A stretch of 64,000 nucleotides of DNA from Bugula neritina (GCA_964035545.1 OZ037770.1:3442662-3506661); one strand, 5' to 3'; shown: positions 12,716 to 24,211, counted from the stretch's first letter. Numbers and translations: made by a program. Notes: generated by a model from the letters alone, not told the origin.

Positions 12716-13510
12716 CGTAGAAACATGAAATGATGAATTGAATTGTTACTACGTAGTTGTAGCAGTACTACTAGTTACCGTACTCTACTACTAGCAAGCG
12801 AAACTGCTCATCTGTTGTAACCACTGCATCCGCCTGTTCCAACACCAGCCAATGAAATCACACACAACTCTCGCACTAACAAAAGCTCTATATAGCGTAC
12901 TATCTAGTAGTACTCCAATACGAATATTAAAAGACTACGGAAACCTTTCTCAAACATTTCAGCATCGTCGCCTCAAACTGACAACTCCCAATTATTTCGC
13001 AATTGCATTTGATCAATCAATGCCTCAATAGTAGTTGGGGATATTTAAAGTATGAAAATACTTTTTTAATAGGAAAGCATGAACAGTTATAATAATTAAT
13101 TGCAAACTGGGTTTGAATACGCTTATATAATGAATGAGAAAATATAAATTTTATAACTTGAATTGACAGTTCTGAGACATACAGTGTAATCATACTTAGA
13201 AAACATTTTACACAGCAAAATAAAATGCATAGGAAACAGTAATTTATGTCAAAACCTCTAAAAGTAAAATTCAACAAATATATTTTGTAATGCACCAAAC
13301 ATGAACTTCAAAAGAGTTTCATATTCTTGTAATGACTGACATGAATTTTGACTGATTTTGAAAAGTAAATAGTAATAGTAGAAAATATATAATACATTTT
13401 GTAGCAAAAATATTTCGCAACGATCTGTACAGAATGGACTTGAGAGTTTAGTAATTTGTTTAACTGAAAATATTTCAAAAACTAAGCCTGAGTACCCTCA
13501 GAAAAATAGC

Positions 13511-15295
13511 CTAGGTTTCCTGATAATAGCATTGAACTTGACGAATCAGCTGCTCCAGAGAGTCGCCTTTTTCAGCAGCAATTTTACACACTTCCTGTTC
13601 TATTTGCTCGAGGTGAAGGTCGCTATGACTGGGGAAACATTTTCTGTAGGAATATGTGAGTCGAAGAAAGTAGTCTAGATTTGATCCATTTATACCCTGA
13701 AACAAATAGTAGATTTTTGAAATAGAAATTAATTTTTGGAAATGGTGTTGTGGTGATATCCATTCCATAGAACGTGGTTGATCTGTTACCACTAAAACAA
13801 TCAGCATTCATAGAACTAGATGCATTTTTAAATGGGCTCACTATAAATGAGAGACTGGTTAATCCAATAGCAATTAATCATCACATGAGTCATTTATCAT
13901 GACAAACAGACAGACAATAAGCTGCAGTACATGGTTACCTTTGAGTGGTATATCTGCCATGCTATGTCCCTCTCACTGGCTGGACCGAGATATAAACTCG
14001 CACTCTCATTTGACACGAATATCTCCAGCGCTATACCCTCTTCCTTCACACAACCTGAATCATCTATCGGATAAAATACTGTTCCTATGACATCATATCC
14101 TCTTTCTCGTTCTACCAGACGCTGTTTCACCAGCTCTTCGTCTGCTTTTGGTATTTTGAATGCCACTCCGTGCACAAAGCTCTAAAAATAAATTTGTCAA
14201 TGTGATAACCACGTAGTCCGACGAAGTCAGCTTATGAACTCTCTGATTGGATAAAAGCAGAAGATCTGAATAGTTTAAGTGTTGCATTGCCACATTTTTC
14301 TATGCAAATATTAAAAAATATGGTACAACAATAGCTAATAATTCAAACTTAGAAACATCTAAGAAACTCAAATCGACAGGCAAACAGTTTTAGCGTAATC
14401 CGACTATGATTTGGAAACAGGAAATGGCAGTCAAATGGGTGTGAAGAGTGATTAAAATTGTTTAAAGGCAATGCATAACAACACTCTATGAAGCCTTTCA
14501 ACATACTTTATATTATATTATATATTATATTATATTCCATTCCATATTGAATTATATATTATACTAAATTTGTATATCATATAGACATATACTATATTAT
14601 ATTTAATAATATAGGATGCTACATATTGAATTGTGTTGCAGAAACAAGACTTAGCCAGTACCCCTGTGGCGTGGAGTATCCTTTCCCAAGTTGTACTTAC
14701 ATTAGGTTCATCCGACTTGAAGACAGAAACCACTCTTCCAGGCTGAAAGTACAGCACAGTACTTGGGTATTACATGTTCACTGATTCAGAAGAGAGAGCT
14801 CTTAATTATATAAAATACAAACAAATTTTAGCTTCTGGTGAATATTAGCTCCTATTATCTACACACTCTATCTATTCACCACACACATCACCAAAACCTT
14901 CAAAACAAACGAGCTTGAAACACAATACTAATGTGACTTGATGTTGGTCATGAAACAATTATTTTCCTTTCTTGTTTACTGCCAAATGAATAAAAAATGG
15001 AAAATCAACAAAAAGACCTAAATGGCAAACATTCACTTTTTAAAACAATTCCATGGTTAACTTTAGTGTTATCAAATAAAACGAAATTTCACGTGAAATA
15101 GTTACACAGTAAGATATTCCTTCAGTCAGATTTGGTTAAATTGAAATATTCAAAACTCACTTTGCCGGGCTGACCTCTAAACCGCTCACTTCCCTGCCAG
15201 AAGCGTCTCTTAAACCCCTTGATGTAGCCACACACCTTCTCCTCGTACTGAAATCCTGGATTCCACATTAACGAACCGTATCCAAACACATACAT
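13511..15295 (-). CDS. CHAC: Glutathione-specific gamma-glutamylcyclotransferase (ChaC family), copy A, 201 aa
   Basis: Exons 15295-15161, 14742-14701, 14181-13939, 13696-13511. Motifs [25 protein letters not shown] (catalytic Glu region), YLGPA, GSNLDY. Confidence 0.92.
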
Positions 15296-16584
15296 TCTAA
15301 CTCCTTCAAAACAATAAAAAATATAATTTCACTCATTTCATATTCAGTTGAAAGGTCAATTCAAGCTACACAAGAACATTAAGCCTAGCCAAGGTCGATA
15401 TAAAAACATGCTTTAAATGTACATAGTTTAAGAAATTTGAAATTATTTGCATTTTCACAGTGCAAGCAAATATTTGTAATAATAATACTTACAAAAGATA
15501 TAGGCCTACTAACAAGTACCAAATTCAATAAGGGTTTGAGTTTTCACTTTTTACCAGTATGGAGTGAGTCTCCATCAACAATAGGCTTTTTAACATTGTG
15601 TCGGACAAACACCAAACAGTAGTGGTTAAAAGTCAACACTAAGCCTACTGAAAGCTAGCCCAGACTATGCAGGATAGACTATCAGAGATAGAAAAACCTA
15701 TTGTTAGAGATATTTCACAAACACATAACATCTCATGCTCTTAGAGTGGGACAAGCAATGTGCTGATAAGATTAATTTTTGCTCTCACTGAGATGACCCA
15801 AAAACATCTTAAATTTTCTCGACACAACAAGAGTTTTTTTTAAAATTACATCTTTCAGTTGAACAAAACATGTAAGAAAATTAGGTTCAAAATTGTGATC
15901 GCCAGTTGCGAAATTTGAAAAACTGGTCTAGCTTCAGATGCTAGAATCTACTTACATTGTAAACAACCCTTTTCATTTACACTACAGTTGAAAACTAGGT
16001 GAGCCTGCTTTTATAACAAGAATTTTATGAAACATTTTAGTCAAATATTTACTAACAAAGTAAATTTACAAATGATTATCTACATATACTACAAGTACCA
16101 CTCCACTGCCACTGGTGAGTAAGTAGTCTAACTATAAGTAGGTCATAAAATTAATTATTCATAATAATTTCTTACACTTAATGATACTGTGACTTTTAAT
16201 ATCAAATTCAATATGAATATATGCATACCAATTTTTACAAAGTCAACTTAGATATGCACTTGAATTCTCATTTTCATTTCTCAAAAAACCTCGAAACCTA
16301 ACTCAGTTAGGGTTACACGCTGAACATGAAATCAATTTATTCCAACCTGTAAATTTTAAACTTATATATTTTATGTATTATTTGAATGAAACAAAAAACA
16401 TGATTTATTTGTGCCACTATGATAATAATTATGATTATCATTATCATTATGAGCGTGTTTTAATTTTTACTAATAGTATAACTTATAAATATAGGCTAAG
16501 GATTACACTGAGTAATCATCATAACAGTAAAACTAATTAATCATTATGTAATATTAATACTTATACTAATTAAATAATTTCCCC

Positions 16585-16850
16585 TCCCTTCTGGGAATCG
16601 AACCCCCCCCCCCGGCTTGCAAGCAAGTGTGCTAACCATTACACCACAGAGACCACTGGGTAAACCCATTACTACATCCCACCCAGTTCTCTGAACTCCA
16701 CTGGCCTATCTACTACTCCTTCAGTGTTCAGGCTCCCCTAGCCACTCAACTCCTTCGGAGTACAACTACACTTCACTAAAGGCCGAAATAGCTTGAAAAA
16801 CAATTGCCCCCACTGGGAATCGAACACAAAACCTCTGGTTTGCAAGCACT
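16585..16850 (-). mobile_element. Two tRNA-like SINE heads (second family, TGC-containing loop)
   Basis: Reverse complements read GTGGTGTAATGGTTAGCAC..CTTGCAAGC..GGTTCGATTCCC. The same family occurs at ~58510-58580 (+) and ~5700-5790. Confidence 0.55.
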
Positions 16851-17249
16851 ACGGGGGGGGGGGGGCACTGGGTAAACACAACACTACAAGTATTACTATT
16901 ACTATTAGTAATACTAATACTAATAACTATACTTGGAGTCACAGTAATACCGCGAGGCGCTAAGACTAGGAGTAGGTGATACTGAAAGCAGTTGAATACA
17001 CTATGAATATGTCATTCATTATCACGATGACTATCATTTCGATTATCACTATGACTATGACTAGTTATTTTCTAGCATTACTAGTTTAAGTTATAATTAT
17101 AGTAAAAGTTCTAAGTGATAGTATTAGTATAACTATAAGTATAAGATTAAGTACGAGTATAACTCATCAACAATAACATAAGTGAATAACATTAAGTTTA
17201 ACTCTAACTGTATAGCATTAAGTTTAACTATAAGTTTATTTGTTACTAA

Positions 17250-17537
17250 TGTAGTGAGGACGTAATACGCGCGTCCCCCCCCCCCCCCCCCGCATTCCTT
17301 CAGCCTATCCAAGTGCGTCACGTGATAGGCCTTAGTTAGTTAGTAGTAGTTTTTGCAGTAGAGAGAGCGTGCTAACTAAGCGAAGATGTAATCTCTAATC
17401 TGTGTACGAGCTGTATCTTTTATATAATTAGTAGTAAATAAACTTGGAAGCTTTTACCTAAATACTTTATTGGTGTAGATAAATAGACATAATTACAAGC
17501 TAGGAACCCACGCATAGTAGTTACACCAATTACTACA
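17250..17537 (+). repeat. 5' LTR (288 bp)
   Basis: Reads identical to the 3' LTR except for a C-run of 17 vs 16. Confidence 0.97.
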
Positions 17538-17538
17538 G

Positions 17539-17556
17539 TGGTGGCAGCAGTGGGAT
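17539..17556 (+). promoter_or_regulatory. Primer binding site, tRNA-Leu type
   Basis: TGGTGGCAGCAGTGGGAT, 1 nt after the LTR, complementary to a tRNA-Leu 3' end (ATCCCACYGCTGCCACCA). Confidence 0.8.
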
Positions 17557-17598
17557 TTCTAGCTACTGTATTAGAACAATGAGAAGTATTAGAACATC

Positions 17599-20500
17599 AT
17601 GGACGAAGGAGTAACTGCAATGGAAGGAGGTGAGCAGAACATTATTATAGGCCCTCTCGGAGCTGGAGAGGAGGTATATAGGAACATGTTGGAGGTTCCC
17701 GTGTTCACAGGCTGCGAGGATATTGAACAATTCGTTCAAGAATTCCGTGAAACTGCCGCCATTGCAAGATGGCCGCCAAGAGTAACCCTTACAAAACTGC
17801 GGATGGCACTGACGGGAGAAGCCAAGCCGTACGGGTGGAAGCCTAGCATAAACGGGATCATTGCTACACTACGGGCCCGTTTTGGCATGCCCGTTGCCGT
17901 CGCCAAGTCCAGACTGCGAGGATTACTCCGCAAGACATGTACACCGCTTCCTGACCACGCCACTCTGGTGCAGAGACTGGCACGGACCGCGTATAGCGAT
18001 CTGCCAGAAACACACAGACGGCACTACACATTCGAAGCCTTTGTACAGTCTCTCAATTCTTTGGACTTCCATCACCAGTTGCAAGCCAAGGGAGTGACCA
18101 CAATTGAGGCTGCAATCCAAGAGAACAAGGCCTACGCTGGAGCCGAACGACTCTATAAGACGGAGGAGGCCACGCCCCAGCCCTCTAGGGAACCAGACCA
18201 TCCGGTCCGCATAGCTGCCGCGACCACTAAAACCCCCATAGAGACGGAGATAAGCCGCTTGATGACTAGACTGGGACAATTGGTGGCGACGATAACATAC
18301 AACCACTCAAGGAAGAGTAAGAGGACGGCAGCAAAACCCCCCAGACCCATGATGCGACGCTGGGAAAGCGGCAGTCAGGGACACCGCCACCTGAGCGGCC
18401 CACGATTCAAACGGCAGCAGAAACCACAACCTCCCCGGAGACCCCCAGAGCTCCGCGGACACACACAGAGAGAAAAACGGGGTGGGTGTCGCCAGGAGCC
18501 CGTACGGGCCAAGCGACACACCCCCCGTCAATGGCAAACACCTCGCCGTACCAGCCAACCAGGTCGACCACGAGACCCCTTCTCTCTGCCTCTCACCAAC
18601 CGCTTCAGTCCGTTACCAGTAATGGAACAGACCAGCGAGGCCCCTCAGGGCATCGGGGAGGATCAGAACACCTCCCCGCAAGGAAACTCTCACCGGCCCC
18701 GCAAACCGCGGAACAAACGGGCACAGCCCCGTTCGGCCGAGACCGAGCACGCTGGGGGAATACGGGTACAACCTCACGGAGGCAGCTACTTCTTGCCAGG
18801 GAAGGTGGCCGGTAAAGCTGTCACCTTCCTGTTAGACTCCGGGTGTACCACTAATATCCTCAGCCGTCGGGTCTTCGACACCCTCCCTCTCAAGGAGAGG
18901 GGAGCCTTAGCTCCCTATACCGGGGAACCGGGCACCCTAGCTGACGGGTCACGGATTCCTTTCTACGGTATCATAGAATTGGCTGGGCGCGTCCGCGACC
19001 AAGCCATTCAGGAAACCTTCGTCATCAGCCCACTGGAGGAAGATGCCATACTAGGGATGCCGTTCTTGAAGAGACACGGGTGCCATATTGACTTTAGCAA
19101 GTCAGCCATGCTAATGGGCGGCAAAGAGCTCACCTGTGTCGACAAGTTCGGTCGTCCTCTAGCGGGAGGTGTGCAGGTAGTACGCAACTGTACTATACCC
19201 GGCCGCTCCCGGGCTACCGTTCACTGCAGAGTGAACAATAGCCAACTCTCGGGGCTAGGGGTTGTCGAAGGTGCGCACTCTAGAATCCAACTCGCCAGCA
19301 GTCTTAACCGGCTGACTGACCGAGGAGAGATCTTGGTGCAGTGTGTCAACCCTTTCTCCGAAGCGGTACAATTACCGTCAGGATCCATGCTGGGTCGCTT
19401 CCACTCCATCCAGGAGGGGGATGTAGGGCCGTCGCTGGGAGCTGCGACGGAAGGTCCCCAACAGAGCCCGTCAGTTAGGGGGGGGACCGTCCCATCACAC
19501 GTCAAAGAGCTATACCAGGCAGCGTGTAACGGCTGCACGGGCAACGTGGAACGCCAGACTATGGCTCAGTTGCTACGTGATTATAGCGACGTGTTCAGCA
19601 GTGGGGACCATGACGTCGGCCTGACCACGGCCGTCCGTCATGAGATACCGCTGGCTGCAGGGACTACCCCTATTCGGCAGCCCACCAGGAGGCTGGGACC
19701 AGAGAAGGAAAAAGAGGTAAGCCAACAAGTCCGGGATCTTTTGGACCGCGGCCTCATCGAACCAGCGCATAGCGCGTGGAGTTCACCGGTCGTTCTGGTC
19801 CGAAAGAAAGACGGCAGTTGGCGGTTCTGTGTGGATTATCGCAAGCTCAATAGCGTGACCATACAGGACGCCTACCCCTTACCCAGGATCGACGAATCTC
19901 TGGACGCCTTAGCCGGCAGCAAGTACTTTAGTACGCTAGACTTGTTGAGCGGCTATTGGCAGGTCCCCCTCAGCCCAGACGCCCAGGAGAAGGCGGCGTT
20001 CATCACGCGGGACGGCTTATGGAAGTGGAAAGTCCTCCCCTTCGGACTGACTTCCGCCCCCGCCACGTTCCAGCGGCTCATGGAACAGGTCCTCAGTGGA
20101 CTCCACTGGAAGACACTGCTAGTGTACCTCGACGACGTCATCGTGATCTCCCCAGACTTTCAGACGCACGTCAGTCGTCTGCGGGAGGTCTTCGATCGAC
20201 TCCGAGGCGCCAATCTGAAGCTCAAACCCTCCAAGTGCGCTCTCTTGCAGCCAGAGGTGAAGTACCTGGGGCACATCGTCGGCCGCCACGGCGTGGCGAC
20301 GGATCCTGAAAAGGTACGAGCTATAGAAGATTGGGTAACCCCCCAGGATTTGACCGGGCTACGGGCTTTCCTGGGGCTGGTAGGGTATTACAGGCAATAC
20401 ATACCAGACTTTGCGGGGGTAGCGCAGCCGTTAAACCGGCTCACCGCAAAGGGGGTGACCTGGCAGTGGACTCCCGTCGAACAGAGAGCGTTCGACTGCC

Positions 20501-22695
20501 TCAAAGGCCGCCTGCTGGAGGCCCCTATCCTGGCCTATCCAGACCCTGCCCTGGAGTACATCCTCGATACTGACGCCAGTGACCAAAATGTCGGCGCTGT
20601 GCTGTCCCAGGTGCAGGAGGGCCGCGAAGTAGTCGTGGCCTACTACAGTAAGTCTCTCTCGCCCACTGAACGAAATTACTGCACTACCCGAAAGGAATTG
20701 CTGGCAGTAATCAAGTCGGTGAAGCATTTCAGACCTTATCTATACGGCAGGAAGTTCCGCTTGCGGACCGACCACGCCTCCTTGATTTGGTTATGTAAGA
20801 GAGCAGAACCGTCCAGCCAAGTCGCCCGATGGCTCGAGGTCCTGGCCGAGTTCTCTTACCGGATCGAACACCGACCCGGTAAGAAACACGGCAATGCTGA
20901 TGGACTGAGCCGGCGACCGGACGAGGGGTGTAAACAGTGCCTCAACATCGAGAAGAGGGACGGAGGTCCCCCAAAATCCGAGTTGAGAGCACTGAACCAC
21001 TCTGAAACGGAGTATGACTGGGACCAGGGTCAACTCCTACAGAAGGCCTCTACGCCCCCGGAGGCTATCCAACGCCTCCGTGCCAATCCTGTCTTGGCTG
21101 ATAACGTTAGAGAGCTACGAAGACTCCAGGAGGACCTCCCTGGAGTGGTAGCCGACGTATATCGTGCCAAAAAGGAGGGGCGACGACCCAGTGAAGAACA
21201 ACTGCGGCAGGGATGCACCGAGTTACGGTTGTACTGCCAACGTTGGGATTCCCTGCGGATCGGGCCAGATGGTCTGCTGACCATCACAGTGGCTGCTCAC
21301 AACAACCAATACGGCAGACAAAGGGTGATCTGCCCAGCCGCCATACGCCGGGGGTTAGTATGGGACACCCACAAGCAAGCCCACGCCGGGGTGAGCAGGG
21401 TTCTCTCCAAGTTACAACTCCGGTGGTACTGGCCCGGCATGGAGCGTGAGGTGCGGCGTAGAGTCAAACAATGCGAAATCTGCCAGGCCAGCAAGCATGG
21501 CCGTCTCCCTGGTGAAGCGGGACGGCGTCGGCTATATGCTGGAAGGCCATGGCAGGTGGTAGCTATCGACCTAGTCGGACCCATGCCCGTCACCCCCAGG
21601 GGAAACAGCTGGATCCTAGTATTAACCGACCACTTTACACGGTGGGCGGATGCCCTGGCTATTCCAGATGCGTCCGCCCCCACGGTGGCCAGGGTGCTGG
21701 ACCAAAATGTATTCTGCTATCTTGGACTACCTGAGCAAATACATTCGGACCAGGGGGCTCAATTCCAGTCCCAACTGTTGAGCGACCTCTGCCGCCTCTG
21801 GGGAGTGAACCAAAGCAGGACCACCCCGTACCATCCTCAGGGCAACGGGGTGGTGGAACGCAACAATCGCATGTTGGGCGATGCACTGCGCAGCCTGCTC
21901 CTCGGCCGGGGTCAGGAGGAGTGGGATACGGTACTACCGCAAGTCATGCGGGCCTACCGTAGTACACCACACACCAGTACGGGGGAAACCCCTAACCTCC
22001 TGATGCTCGGTCGAGAGACGCGAGTGCCTGACCACCTCACATACCACATCCCAGAGCAGGACTATACCATCCACGAGTATGCCAGTAAATTGATAGAGGA
22101 CCTGAGGGCCGCACACGAAATACTGCGGGCAAAGCAGTGGCAGGTACGGCGAGAGGACTCTCAGGAACCACCCCTCTATCGAACTGGGGACTGGGTGTGG
22201 ATGATCAACTACCGTAGGCGTCGAGGACAAGCGGCTAAGCTCCAGCCTAAGTTTGTGGGACCCTACGTAGTAGTTGAAGCTATGCCCAATCATACGTACA
22301 AGTTGGAGCGATCTGGACAGGTCTCTGTCCAGAACGAAGCCCGCTTGAAACCGTATTGGGCTAGCCCAGGAGCAGCAGGAGCAGCCCCCCCGTTGTTGGA
22401 GCCCAGGAGGCAGACAGTAACGCGTGGGCGGCAACGGCATGGACCAGAATACGAAGTGGTTGTGCCGCGGGGAGAGGACTTAGTGAGGCAGGAGACGCCA
22501 CTCCCACCAACGGAAGTGCGCCCACCGCCCCCAGTACCAAGTCTACCCCCACCACTTCCGGTTCCGCATCCGCGTCCGGAAGTGCAAAACCCCCCGTGGG
22601 AGGGGCTCCATCTGGAGACAACAGCAGAGAGGGGAACACCACCACCAACGGCGGGCCAGAAACACCACAGGTGGAGCAAAATAGCCCACCAGTGA
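17599..22695 (+). CDS. Gag-Pol polyprotein (gag, aspartic protease, RT, RNase H, integrase), 1698 aa
   Basis: LLDSGC protease; LPFGL and YLDD RT; TDAS..ELLA RNase H; HKQAH..CEIC and DDE integrase; GPY motif. Confidence 0.97.
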   Translation: MDEGVTAMEGGEQNIIIGPLGAGEEVYRNMLEVPVFTGCEDIEQFVQEFRETAAIARWPPRVTLTKLRMALTGEAKPYGWKPSINGIIATLRARFGMPVAVAKSRLRGLLRKTCTPLPDHATLVQRLARTAYSDLPETHRRHYTFEAFVQSLNSLDFHHQLQAKGVTTIEAAIQENKAYAGAERLYKTEEATPQPSREPDHPVRIAAATTKTPIETEISRLMTRLGQLVATITYNHSRKSKRTAAKPPRPMMRRWESGSQGHRHLSGPRFKRQQKPQPPRRPPELRGHTQREKRGGCRQEPVRAKRHTPRQWQTPRRTSQPGRPRDPFSLPLTNRFSPLPVMEQTSEAPQGIGEDQNTSPQGNSHRPRKPRNKRAQPRSAETEHAGGIRVQPHGGSYFLPGKVAGKAVTFLLDSGCTTNILSRRVFDTLPLKERGALAPYTGEPGTLADGSRIPFYGIIELAGRVRDQAIQETFVISPLEEDAILGMPFLKRHGCHIDFSKSAMLMGGKELTCVDKFGRPLAGGVQVVRNCTIPGRSRATVHCRVNNSQLSGLGVVEGAHSRIQLASSLNRLTDRGEILVQCVNPFSEAVQLPSGSMLGRFHSIQEGDVGPSLGAATEGPQQSPSVRGGTVPSHVKELYQAACNGCTGNVERQTMAQLLRDYSDVFSSGDHDVGLTTAVRHEIPLAAGTTPIRQPTRRLGPEKEKEVSQQVRDLLDRGLIEPAHSAWSSPVVLVRKKDGSWRFCVDYRKLNSVTIQDAYPLPRIDESLDALAGSKYFSTLDLLSGYWQVPLSPDAQEKAAFITRDGLWKWKVLPFGLTSAPATFQRLMEQVLSGLHWKTLLVYLDDVIVISPDFQTHVSRLREVFDRLRGANLKLKPSKCALLQPEVKYLGHIVGRHGVATDPEKVRAIEDWVTPQDLTGLRAFLGLVGYYRQYIPDFAGVAQPLNRLTAKGVTWQWTPVEQRAFDCLKGRLLEAPILAYPDPALEYILDTDASDQNVGAVLSQVQEGREVVVAYYSKSLSPTERNYCTTRKELLAVIKSVKHFRPYLYGRKFRLRTDHASLIWLCKRAEPSSQVARWLEVLAEFSYRIEHRPGKKHGNADGLSRRPDEGCKQCLNIEKRDGGPPKSELRALNHSETEYDWDQGQLLQKASTPPEAIQRLRANPVLADNVRELRRLQEDLPGVVADVYRAKKEGRRPSEEQLRQGCTELRLYCQRWDSLRIGPDGLLTITVAAHNNQYGRQRVICPAAIRRGLVWDTHKQAHAGVSRVLSKLQLRWYWPGMEREVRRRVKQCEICQASKHGRLPGEAGRRRLYAGRPWQVVAIDLVGPMPVTPRGNSWILVLTDHFTRWADALAIPDASAPTVARVLDQNVFCYLGLPEQIHSDQGAQFQSQLLSDLCRLWGVNQSRTTPYHPQGNGVVERNNRMLGDALRSLLLGRGQEEWDTVLPQVMRAYRSTPHTSTGETPNLLMLGRETRVPDHLTYHIPEQDYTIHEYASKLIEDLRAAHEILRAKQWQVRREDSQEPPLYRTGDWVWMINYRRRRGQAAKLQPKFVGPYVVVEAMPNHTYKLERSGQVSVQNEARLKPYWASPGAAGAAPPLLEPRRQTVTRGRQRHGPEYEVVVPRGEDLVRQETPLPPTEVRPPPPVPSLPPPLPVPHPRPEVQNPPWEGLHLETTAERGTPPPTAGQKHHRWSKIAHQ

Positions 22696-23057
22696 GTACG
22701 CCGCCCCAACCAACAGCTATAACTCCCCCTCCAGCTGATGCGTCACCTCCCCTGGAACGGGGACAGCGTACTAGACAACCCCCAGCATACCTTAAAGATT
22801 TCATATGTGACCGTGTTACAAACGGCAGTTATGAAAGTCTAGCTGGGCGCCGTACGGAAAGACTGGCAACAAAGCGTGGGAGTTGTGAACACCACGGAAA
22901 TCTCAACTTTTGCGAAGGCGGAGTAGTAAACAAAACTACTACGCCCGAGGCAAATAGTTCCAGCCGTGCGCAACAACCACGCTGCCCAGTCTTTTCGTAC
23001 GCTGACATTGTCAAGGGAAGACGCATTCAAACTCAATCCACGGACATCCAAGCTTGA
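22596..23057 (+). other. Probable frameshifted C-terminal tail of Pol
   Basis: Contains RGQRTRQPPAYLKDF, a typical gypsy Pol terminal motif. One extra C in the C-run at ~22590-22595 would join it to the main ORF. Confidence 0.6.
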
Positions 23058-23122
23058 ACGCTGAGTATGATTACAAATACCGGGTTCTCAGGTAAGCTTG
23101 CTCTGAGCTAACATTTCCACTC

Positions 23123-24211
23123 ATGGAAACCAGTCTACCATCAGTCAGTTCTGATTTAATCGCCTTGATTGAATCACAACTACTGGGGACTGAGTCCTAC
23201 GTGAAAGGCGACGAGAACATAAAGATGGCCGACGATCTACTAGATCTGGAGCTTGACACTATGTCTCTCTGTCAGTCTACACGACACGACTCAGTCCCGC
23301 GAGTGCTATCTGAAAAGATGTATGACTCTCAGACTAGTAACAGTCGGTTGTCATCAGAATTATGGTGTAAAGATCATATCCGATCTAACAGTAATTCTGC
23401 TCTTTTAGATACCGCTCTCTCTCCTCTATCTGGTGACATGCCGTCACTAGAAATGGCTTGGAACGAGGAACCCGTTCCCACTACTCTTCCGGAGGCACTC
23501 CTACAACAATCATGCTGGGTTACAACAGATACGGAAACACTGATACGAGAGCACAAAGGAGATGACCAATGCACCACCTGCCGTTTATGCCAGCTTCACT
23601 TCACTACCCCACGAAGACTCCGAGTTCATATTCCCCAACATTACTTCACCACCTTTTGTCCCTGTGGTGAATATAGTTACCACAGGGACTACATCCTCCG
23701 TCACCAACGAACCATGGGATGCTATATTGGACACCTATTCGAAGTCGACGAACCCTCCTTTCCACAATTCCTTAATCTCATCCGACCGTTCATATCAGAC
23801 CCAGTTCGATATGAACGGCTGCGCCAGGAGTTCCCCGCACCCAGGACCATCACACAGGGACCCTGCCCTAAACCACCCGGATATAGGAAACCCCGCATAT
23901 CCCATTCCTCACCCCCCGCACGCACAGTGCCTCGCCCCGACTCTATACCAAGAGTCGTGTTACGACGCATCGATATACCACAGCGATGGCGTCCCTCCCC
24001 CCCTGTCTCCCCAAGGCCGTCTCGTAAGCGGCGTTGGCCATCTTCATCCCCCAATCGACACTCTGCCCCCGCCAGGAATCTAGGCGAGGCAGAAGAGCGG
24101 ATACGAGAATTAGAGAAAGAGGTGCAAAGACTGACACCGAGAATCTCCGCCGCCGCATCAGAACTCCGGGCCCTCTCTGCCTCTGTAGCCCGAATGAAAG
24201 GAAGTGCTTGA
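23123..24211 (+). CDS. Accessory ORF of the gypsy element: acidic N-terminus, C2H2 plus C2HC-like zinc fingers, Pro/Arg-rich linker, C-terminal coiled coil (362 aa)
   Basis: CRLCQLHFTTPRRLRVHIPQH fits C-x2-C-x3-F-x5-L-x2-H-x3-H; followed by CPCGEYSYHRDYILRHQRTMGC, RPSRKRR and LGEAEERIRELEKEVQRL. Protein-level homologue at 62225-63323. Confidence 0.85.
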   Translation: METSLPSVSSDLIALIESQLLGTESYVKGDENIKMADDLLDLELDTMSLCQSTRHDSVPRVLSEKMYDSQTSNSRLSSELWCKDHIRSNSNSALLDTALSPLSGDMPSLEMAWNEEPVPTTLPEALLQQSCWVTTDTETLIREHKGDDQCTTCRLCQLHFTTPRRLRVHIPQHYFTTFCPCGEYSYHRDYILRHQRTMGCYIGHLFEVDEPSFPQFLNLIRPFISDPVRYERLRQEFPAPRTITQGPCPKPPGYRKPRISHSSPPARTVPRPDSIPRVVLRRIDIPQRWRPSPPVSPRPSRKRRWPSSSPNRHSAPARNLGEAEERIRELEKEVQRLTPRISAAASELRALSASVARMKGSA

